Position numbers and translations under genes: made by a program. Below the pieces are notes generated by a model. It did not search any database and was not told the DNA's origin. It was given only the letters and a program-made list of their open reading frames with translations. DNA of 36,827 bases. Origin: Nemertoderma westbladi (Eukaryota; Animalia; Xenacoelomorpha). Where the stretch lies: NCBI GenBank assembly GCA_032718475.1, contig JAUCBJ010007914.1, positions 1 through 36,827 on the forward strand, read 5' to 3'. This document shows positions 11,301-20,900 of the stretch, one piece after another (within the stretch, counting starts at the first letter, position 1; each line of letters starts with the position of its first letter).

Positions 11301-13063
11301 GGCTGCCTGGTATGGATAAGATCCTCGATCTGGTCAACAAACTGTACGTTGTGCCGCCACTGATCTGTATCGAGGACGCCAGCGTTATTACTGAGAACTA
11401 TAACGCATTAGATCCTTACGACAGGCAGCCACTCCGATTTGGTACCGCGAATGACAGTGCTACATCGGGGGTGAGTAGGGGGCGTTTTGTAACAGCTTCG
11501 GCTGTACGCAAGGCGCATCTTGGGCAGGGGGTGGCTGCCTCTGATGTGACACGTAGTCGTGTCACAGAGGAGTTGGTCACGAAGTTGTCGGAGGAGATTC
11601 GGGGACACGCACGTCCCCGAATCGACGGGACAGAGAAGAGAGGCTACGAGTCGAGGAAGGCAAGAATTCTTAAGAGATATTCTGCCATTGCCACCTCTTT
11701 GGCTCGTAGCCCCTCTATGGAAGAGTGTCCCCTGGCCCTTCTCCCTATCAACGAGAGGACTCTCTCTAACTGGATTATCTCGAATGAGAAGCGGCTAGAG
11801 AGAGTCACATGTGAGAAGGGGCAGAACATTCCCCTTATCCGTTGGGAGACCACACAGGTCTCGGCACAGACTAGAGACATGACTATCGCCGATCCCATCC
11901 AGGCCCTGACATTTACCGACGTCCCAGACCGATCTGGACAAGCGAAACTGCGGAAGCCGAGGGCTAAGGTGGTGGCCAAGCCACAATCAGTGGGCCAGGA
12001 CATTGTGGCTGAAACGCCACAATTAACTGGGCTAGCTGATGTGGCCCAACCACCCCAGCTGACTGGCCCTGCACTTAGCGATGTCCTTGGTTCGGTCTGG
12101 GACGCTGTGTTTATGGAGGACCCGGTGGTAGCTGTGCCTGTGGCTGTTGAAAGTGATCGCGCCACATTCGTGGCGACTGATTACATCCAGCTGGAGGCAC
12201 AGCTGCCCGCATCCGTGTCCCTGCCACCGCCACAGGTGGCATGGACCACTCCCGGCAACAGAGACCTTTATGGTGAGCATTCATATCCCAGTGTCCCGAA
12301 CGTCCATCAGTTTCCTTCTTCAGTACCGATTGTTCCCTCTGGCCCTTCTACATCAACCCCAACCCAACTAGAACTTCCACATTCCGATTTATCTTCAGAC
12401 CCATCTTCCCCCAGCAGTACATCCTCCGAGAATGTCCCCCTATCCATTTACGTACGAAAACATACAGTCCAGAAATCAAAACTCCCAAAACCCAAATCCA
12501 AAAGAACGAGAAAGATCAAAAATTGCCCCGAATGCCACCAGAAGGTCTCTGCACCCGGTCACCGTGCCTATAGGGACTCCTTTTACTGCCCCACAACAAA
12601 CATAACGTTTGACGAGTGGGTGAGACAGGCCGATGAGGCATTGCCCCCAATGCTGGCCGATCTCACTAGCACTCGGAATGTGGGGCGTAAGAGGGGTTAC
12701 GTCACTGAGTGGAGGCACAAGAAACGGATGCAGCTGGGTAAGAACATCCAGAGAGGATGGGAGAGGGTCTGTAAGACCTGCGGCGATAGGATCAAGTGTG
12801 TGCCGGGACACACACAGATCAAAGGGAAGTGGTTCTGCCCCAGGAATGTTGATGGGGAGACGGCTGAGCAGTGGCGCCTCCGACTGCTTGGCCCCCGCAC
12901 ACCCCCTCCACCCCCCGGTCCAGTGGTTGGCAAGCGTATTTGCAAGACCTGCCACAATTATATGCTTGCCGCCACTGGCCATAGCCAATTCAGGGGTAGA
13001 TGGTTTTGCCCCAACAACAGTGAGGGCGAATCCCTGGAGGAGTGGAAGGCCCGCAGGCATTAA
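8314..13063 (+). CDS. Spliced gene, at least 1344 aa, putative DDE transposase (DUF6729-like) with Pro-rich linker and three C-terminal zinc fingers; exons 8314-8594, 8955-9054, 9192-10351, 10569-13063; 5' exon not identified
   Basis: GT-AG introns join the ORFs in phase: ...YYQC/SNKRHY...LLTY/RYSCSKEVMDLMR...LIDG/IATWNRDR. The 4036 nt equal 1 phase base + 1345 codons with no internal stop. Motifs: PWYYPP, CPQC, LKMDSTRK, LYVDRGCC, LDVWHWMRR, RGSTSLESFH. Exons are GC-rich and introns AT-rich. Confidence 0.8.
10900..11270 (+). repeat. Coding minisatellite, ~33-bp unit (ATPPPQPPSPx), about 10 copies
   Basis: Repeated GCTACGCCGCCGCCACAGCCACCGTCCCCAA(T/C)G in frame within the last exon. Confidence 0.9.
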
Positions 13064-13072
13064 TACACATAA

Positions 13073-13744
13073 TACACGTAACATACATTACACGTAACAT
13101 ACATTACACGTAACATACATTACACGTAACATACATTACACGTAACATACATTACACGTAACATACATTACACGTAACATACATTACACGTAACATACAT
13201 TACACGTAACATACATTACACGTAACATACATTACACGTAACATACATTACACGTAACATACATTACACGTAACATACATTACACGTAACATACATTACA
13301 CGTAACATACATTACACGTAACATACATTACACGTAACATACATTACACGTAACATACATTACACGTAACATACATTACACGTAACATACATTACACGTA
13401 ACATACATTACACGTAACATACATTACACGTAACATACATTACACGTAACATACATTACACGTAACATACATTACACGTAACATACATTACACGTAACAT
13501 ACATTACACGTAACATACATTACACGTAACATACATTACACGTAACATACATTACACGTAACATACATTACACGTAACATACATTACACGTAACATACAT
13601 TACACGTAACATACATTACACGTAACATACATTACACGTAACATACATTACACGTAACATACATTACACGTAACATACATTACACGTAACATACATTACA
13701 CGTAACATACATTACACGTAACATACATTACACGTAACATACAT
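13073..13744. repeat. Perfect tandem array, 16-bp unit TACACGTAACATACAT x42
   Basis: 672 bp / 16 = 42 units, with no variants seen; starts 10 bp after the stop codon. Confidence 0.95.
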
Positions 13745-15087
13745 TAACATTTTATAGGCCTATTATGTATCATTTGGTTCGTATTCATATATATTATAAT
13801 ACTTGGTATAGTTTATATATTTAAAGTAAATATAGTATTGTTATTATTATTAAAGATCATGATCTACAAATATTTGATATTATTTTATAAACTTATATAT
13901 AAAAGTATATGTTTCTAAAAGATAATACTACAAGCAGGGAACAACACTACAGTAAGGGAATTCTCGATCCCCATTGGTTGAAAAAATGGGCCCTATCCCC
14001 CAGGCTTCCATATCAAGGCATCACAACATTAGTAAGCTGAACGAGGCCTGTACAAAAGAATACTGCAATCCGATTGGCTGTAGTATTGGAGTAGGGAGTT
14101 GTACTATGCTGGACGCGTCATAAATAATAACATGAGGGGATTCCCTGTTACTTTTCTTAATTTGTTATGCATTCGACGAGTAATTTAACACCATTGGTAT
14201 AGCGTAAAAAAGGTATGCACTAATTGAATTATTAAATATAACAAATATAGATAAGTTAAGAAATAAGATATCTGAGAAACGGAGGATATATGCAAGTTTA
14301 ATTTATTTCTAATAACAAATAAATGATGACGAAATATGTACTTATTTCAATAATATTTTTTTCATATGCATAATTTTTTTTTAAACCGTTCCAATTCAAT
14401 TAATTTATTATTACTTTGTTTTCGCGAGGGTGGGACAAACAACTAATCAGAAGACGTCAAGGTGCTAGAGCCGAGGCTAAACAACTAATAAGAACTATAC
14501 TCGCGTTTTATAAGCTGGGTTTAATGAGAATCGACAAAAAGTGTACCAGATAGGGTGAACGTCGGCAAAACCTCCAACGGGGAATCAGTTATAAGCTACA
14601 TTTAGCCCACTCCCGACCAATCCCCGTCCGTTTCTTACCCACCGCTGAGAATCGTTCCGTTTTTTCGGCCCTTTTCTTGCCCCTTTAGCCCCCGGGGGGG
14701 CGAAGATCTAGCCCCAGCCTCTTTACCGAGAGCGTGACAATGTTCGACTCAACGATAAAGATGTAATGTACAGAACAATTTATTATAAAACGTAATTACA
14801 GTATAAATAGTAAATAATTAATAAACTAATAACTTACTGTAGGACTATTGTACCTATTTTTACATTGCACACGGAGATGAGATTTAACTGCAGATTTAAA
14901 AGAATGTTGATTATTTAGGTTTTTAATTTCATTAGGCAGAGCGTTCCAATTTTTTATGCCGTTAAAAAAGAAAGTATCAGATTCAAAGGATTTACAATTC
15001 GGGAGGTAGAAGTTTGAAGCACTAGCTCTGGTACTGTAAGAGTGTGTATCGCGTACTCTGTTGAATTTTTGTTTTAGGTGAATGTAG

Positions 15088-16347
15088 GTATCTTGGTGAA
15101 TGTAACCTGTACGTACCTACACAGCCGTGTTTATTGGGTGGTATCTTGGTGAATGTAACCTGTACCTACACAGCCGTGTTTATCGGGTGGTATCTTGGTG
15201 AATGTAACCTGTACGTACACAGCCGTGTTTATTGGGTGGTATCTTGGTGAATGTAACCTGTACGTACCTATACAGCCGTGTTTATCGGGTGGTATCTTGG
15301 TGAATGTAACCTGTACCTATACAGCCGTGTTAATTGGGTGGTATCTTGGTGAATGTAACCTGTACGTACCTATACAGCCGTGTTTATTGGGTGGTATCTT
15401 GGTGAATGTAACCTGTACGTACACAGCCGTGTTTATTGGGTGGTATCTTGGTGAATGTAACCTGTACCTACACAGCCGTGTTTATTGGGTGGTATCTTGG
15501 TGAATGTAACCTGTACGTACCAACACAGCCGTGTTTATTGGGTGGTATCTTGGTGAATGTAACCTGTACGTACCTATACAGCCGTGTTTATTGGGTGGTA
15601 TCTTGGTGAATGTAACCTGTACCTATACAGCCGTGTTTATTGGGTGGTATCTTGGTGAATGTAACCTGTACGTACCTACACAGCCGTGTTTATTGGGTGG
15701 TATCTTGGTGAATGTAACCTGTACCTACACAGCCGTGTTTATTGGGTGGTATCTTGGTGAATGTAACCTGTACGTACACAGCCGTGTTTATTGGGTGGTA
15801 TCTTGGTGAATGTAACCTGTCGTACCTACACAGCCGTGTTTATTGGGTGGTATCTTGGCGAATGTAACCTGTACCTATACAGCTGTGTTTATCGTGTGGT
15901 ATCTTGGTGAATGTAACCTGTACGTACCTATACAGCCGTGTTTATTGGGTGGTATCTTGGTGAATGTAACCTGTACCTACACAGCCGTGTTTATTGGGTG
16001 GTATCTTGGTGAATGTAACCTGTACGTACCTACACAGCCGTGTTTATTGGGTGGTATCTTAGTGAATGTAACCTGTACCTACACAGCCGTGTTTATTGGG
16101 TGGTATCTTGGTGAATGTAACCTGTACCTACACAGCCGTGTTTATTGGGTGGTATCTTGGTGAATGTAACCTGTACCTACACAGCCGTGTTTATTGGGTG
16201 GTATCTTGGTGAATGTAACCTGTACCTACACAGCCGTGTTTATTGGGTGGTATCTTGGTGAATGTAACCTGTACCTACACAGCCGTGTTTATTGGGTGGT
16301 ATCTTGGTGAATGTAACCTGTACCTACACAGCCGTGTTTATTGGGTG
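15088..16347. repeat. Satellite/minisatellite array, 49/53-bp unit, left part (~25 units)
   Basis: Unit GTATCTTGGTGAATGTAACCTGTAC(GTAC)CTAYACAGCCGTGTTTATYGGGTG, head-to-tail without spacers. Confidence 0.95.
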
Positions 16348-17557
16348 TGTTCGCGGTATTTCAACTTTCCATAACGCGAGTTGAATATTTTTGTATTTAT
16401 TTAAAATTGATTATTCCGATATTACTACTGGGTGCGGGACCATGGGTTTTGGGCACATTCAATAAACTGGGGGCGATTTATGGGCGAACTTTGGGGCAAC
16501 TTACAGGGTACGGGAATAATTTCATAGTTATAAGGGCCAGGGGGGGGGATGGAAAATGCAAGCAGTATTCAGGTTAGCCTGAGTACTATTAGGCCCTGCC
16601 AACTTCCTGCTGCCTGTAGGGGTGGATTTGGTAATGCGCCAGGCCTAAAGGACAAGGACTGCCCTTAGCGGTCCCTGGCCAACAGCAGCCATTACGAGAC
16701 TGAAAAGAACTCGGACCCCTGACTGCTTGTGTCAGGGATTTGCGACGGGAAACGACAGCCCCTTAGTAGCCAAGCCGTTCTGGTTCTCGATGATCGAACC
16801 CTTCGGGGTTCGTGAGGGGTGGAGCGGACACGCGAACGGGTGGCCGACTAACGACTGCCCCCTGAGCTAAGCCGTACTGGTTCTCGATGACCGATCCCTT
16901 CGGGGTTCGCGAGGGGTGGGACGGACATGCGAAAGGGCTGGCCACAGGACGGGTTTGACGAGGACTGCCCTTAGCGGTCTCTGGTCAACGGCAGCTATTA
17001 CGAGACTGAAAAGAACTCGGAACGCTGACTGCTTGTACCGGGGATCTGCGACGGGAACCGACGACAGACTCCTTAGCCAAGCCGTACTGGTTCTCGATGA
17101 TCGTTCCCTTCGGGGTTCGTGAGGGGTGGAACGGACACGCGACAGGGTCGACCGACACCGACACTACGGCACTAATACTAGGACCGAGGGAAAATCTGGG
17201 GAACATTAGGTAGGCTAAAATCTGAGCGAACAGTGGGTAATTAAATAATATACCGTAGGGATTTATATTATCGTGTATAATTATTGTGAATATTTGGTGT
17301 ATATTGATTTGGGGAAGCCCAAAATTATTCTTAATCAGGTTTCAGGTTTCAATGATGTTGAATAGGTTTCAACTGTAGGAAGTTACATTAAAGAGTATAT
17401 CCAACTAATGCAGCTTTTTATCAACCGCAAACTTGCATCTCAGAAAACATTCCTTCTCCACAATCAATATCCGGTTACTGGCCGGGGCTCGGTGGTCTGT
17501 AAAGTCACGTCTCCAGCATCGGCGTTTTTCCCCCCTGGTGTAGGGATAACGGCAACA
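16348..17557 (+). repeat. 5' LTR (1210 bp)
   Basis: TGTTCGCGG...ACGGCAACA; only a handful of differences from the 3' LTR by eye. Confidence 0.95.
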
Positions 17558-17765
17558 AAATTAAGAATAATTACGGTCAACTTCAACTGGTGGAAGTTGA
17601 GAATCCTTCAATAGTCTTCAAAACTCTCTACGTGCTTGCCAGCACCCACTACGAGGAAACTCTGGTATTTGAGTTGAGACGAAGTCGTGGTTTAATTAAT
17701 CAACAAACTCGATCTAACCAACTCGTAGTCGGCAGATCACATATTTGGAGAGTTGTTAACAGGGA

Positions 17766-17957
17766 ATGGAAGTATCGATCACACCCATTGATATAATTCA
17801 AGTTGAGCCAGGAATCTGGCACGTCGAAGTTGAAGTACAAGGAACGAACGTCGGACGATTCAGGATTACCGTTCGGGTGGTCCAAGCTGAGTACAATACC
17901 TACGAGGAACTGTTTTATGACATCGCGTATCTAGCTATCGACGAGGCGTTACAATGA
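17766..17957 (+). CDS. Small acidic upstream ORF (63 aa) whose stop overlaps the gag ATG (ATGA)
   Basis: ATG start; the TGA at 17955-17957 overlaps the ATG at 17954-17956; protein-like composition. No homology recognised. Confidence 0.35.
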   Translation: MEVSITPIDIIQVEPGIWHVEVEVQGTNVGRFRITVRVVQAEYNTYEELFYDIAYLAIDEALQ

Positions 17958-20900
17958 CGACAAATAACGTATCCGATACCGACGAGATGGATCACCACAC
18001 AGACTCAGAAGCCGACGAGGTACCAAACGTCAAGAACATGACCCGTCGGCTAGGGGCTCTCAAAGGCGGAGTAACCCGAGCGTATCAACGGATGGAGAAA
18101 CAACTCAAGGGAGTCAAAACCCCCCTCAATGAGGTACAAACTCAGCTTCAAAGTATCCGAAATATCCTACAGCGGTACGAAAGAATGATACAGGCGTACC
18201 AAGAGCTCGTTCCCCCCACCGATCAGGAAAACTACCCCAAGTTGGAAGAACACGTTGTACATCTAGATGGGTTCCGCAAACAACACCGGAGGACCCTCAG
18301 CCTTGTGAGAGGCTATGAAGAACAGTATTACAAGAGGGCTGAAAGAACAGACGCGGAATCAGTACGATCCTCCAGCATCAGGACAGCAGTACATCGAAAG
18401 AGAACGGGGTCCGCTAGAAATCAGCACTCCAGCGCTAGGAGCGAGATATCCGGCTCAGCGCGCAGTTCTCAAGGGGCGCCGCCACTCCGAGACCAACTGC
18501 GAGAACGGAAGGCATTAGCCCTCAAAGCTCGGATGGAAGATGAGTATATTCAACTGCAAGCCGAGCAAGATGTATTAGCTGCCGAAACACAAAAGCGAGA
18601 GGCCGAACAAGCGGCCAAACGGCAGGCCGAACAACGCGAACAGGAGGCCGAACAACATAGACGAGAGGACGAACAACATAAACGAGAGGACGAACGGCAG
18701 GCCGAACAACGCAAACGAGAGGACGAACGGCAGGCCGAACAACGCAAACAGGAGGCCGAACAGCAGGCCGAACAACGCAAACAGGAGGCCGAACAACGCA
18801 AACAGGAGGCCGAACAACGCGGACGAGAGGCCGAACGAGAGATCGAACAACGTAAATGGGAAGCGGAAATGCGTAAACAACACGCCGAGGCCCAAGCAAT
18901 TCTCATCCACAAAAAGAATGCGGATATTGCAAAACTCGCGGAATACGAAGCCGCACTTATAGAACGAGATATTCAACTCTACGAGGACTGGGAAAGGGAT
19001 ATAGATCAGGAATATGAACCAATCCTGGTACCGGAATTAGAAAAGTCATTTATACCGACAGCGGCGAAACTTCCGAAACCCGAGATCCCGCCTACCAAAC
19101 AGTCTACGCTATTGGCACAAGCACCGGTGTTCCATCCACCACCGGTTACGCTTAAAAATGAGGAACCGTATTTCCCATCCAACCCCACAGCAACGAGTGT
19201 ACCCAAGTACGAGCCTGAAAGGGAATCGGAACGGGACGCCACTCCTCGATCCAACAACCCGTTCACATCCACACCACAAACCCGTAGTCGCGTCATCATT
19301 AAAACTCCACCTACCATTGATCCATCGAGTATGGGAGAGAGTGCCAATAACTATAACCCTCCGAACCACTCCAGTTCGGACAACATCGGCATTATCCGGG
19401 CATTGGAAAACCGCCTCTCCATGCCCAAGATGGAGATCCGCACCTTCGAAGGAGATCCCGTCGATTACCTCAGATTCAAGAAACGGTTCTTTGCGCAGAT
19501 TGGATCAACGGATATAGCCGATGCACAGAAACTAGTATATTTATCGCAATACCTGGGTGACAAACCACGCCGAATCATCGCTTGTTTTGAGGGAGGTTCT
19601 CATGAAGCATACTACGACGCATGGAAAACTCTAGACAAAAGATACGGAAATACCGGGACTATAATTAATAAAACTCTAGAGAAACTGATACAAGACGCGG
19701 GATCACTAGGGGACCCACAGAACCTCCAGGAATTTTCAGATTCCATGAAGGATGCCTACTACACTCTGAAACCCTTAAATAAGGAGGACCAGGTGAACAA
19801 CATTCTAAACCTCCGACAGATCGCCCGGAAGTTCCCCGGATGGCTGCAAAGTAAGTGGGCCTATAAATGCGTAGATCTCCGGCACAGACATCCAGATCGA
19901 GATCCCAGCTTCCTCGAAATGTCGGCATTCCTGGACGATATCTCCGAAGCCATGAATGACTCGATGTTCTCGAAACAGAGTCTCGCCAAGTTGGACGCAA
20001 TGGAGAGCAATTACCAGAGCAGGGCACCCACTCCAAACCCAAGATTCCGCCCTACTCCTGTGAGTGCGATGGCCATCAGTATGGCTGAGGACTCGGATGA
20101 CGAGGATTACGAGGAACCGACCTTAGCAGAAGAATGGGCATGCTACCTAGCGAATTGGGCACCCGAAAGGGAAGGCACCACAGCCTCCCCTATATGTCTC
20201 TTCTGCGGAGAGAAACATAAGTTGGAATTCTGCGGAAAGTTCCAGTTTGCTGAACTCGTCCCACGCTTCGAGGCGATGATGAAACACCGAGGATGCTTCC
20301 GGTGTCTTGGAACAGGTCACTACGTTCGGGATTGCGACCAAACGTCGTGTTGTGCGGTTTGTAACGACCTACGTCATCACACGCTCCTCCACATCCCCGC
20401 GAACTTCGACTTCACTACCCTCCCCTTTCGGATCGAAGCCAAGCGAAGAGGAGAAACGAACCACGTTTCCAAAGGAACCCGGATTACCCAACGGAGAGAA
20501 ACCAATCCGTTTAAAATCTCCACCGATAAACCACAAGTAACCAACATTTCAGCCACGATTAATCTTATAAATCGCCGCTACATGGTCTTCGCAAAGGTAA
20601 TCCCGGTAAGGATTCAGGGAGTCGGCAAATCCCTGACGACGCTCGCGTTCCTTGATAACGGGTCTGACGGAACCATCATCGACCGGGATTTCCTCGAGCA
20701 ACTCGGCCTAGAATATGAACCTTGTAAACGGCCCATACAAACCATCACCGATAACAGAGAGGTAGAGTCTGGTGAGGTGCAACTCCAAATGGAAGGAGTA
20801 ATGAAGGGCTACGAGACGGTCAAGCTAACCATCAAGAACGCCTTGGTACACACAGACCTCCGAGTGCGGTTCCGACAATCAGCCGAGTACGCCCCCCTCA

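Noticed and set aside
10681-11340. Gly-rich and Arg/Trp-rich antisense or alternate-frame ORFs
   Set aside because: They are shadows of the Pro-rich coding repeat on the + strand.
15195-16163. ORFs within the satellite (also 25552-26904)
   Set aside because: They are translations of the repeat cycling through frames, with non-ATG starts and no coding signal.
16775-16827. SECIS element or hammerhead in the BEL LTR hairpins
   Set aside because: An AUGA/GA core is present, but the upper stem is only 7 bp with a UUCG loop and no apical AA. There is no CUGANGA...GAAA pair.
18522-18976. Repetitive minus-strand ORFs (LLFALFG..., CSASCLR...)
   Set aside because: They are antisense shadows of the gag coiled-coil repeats.
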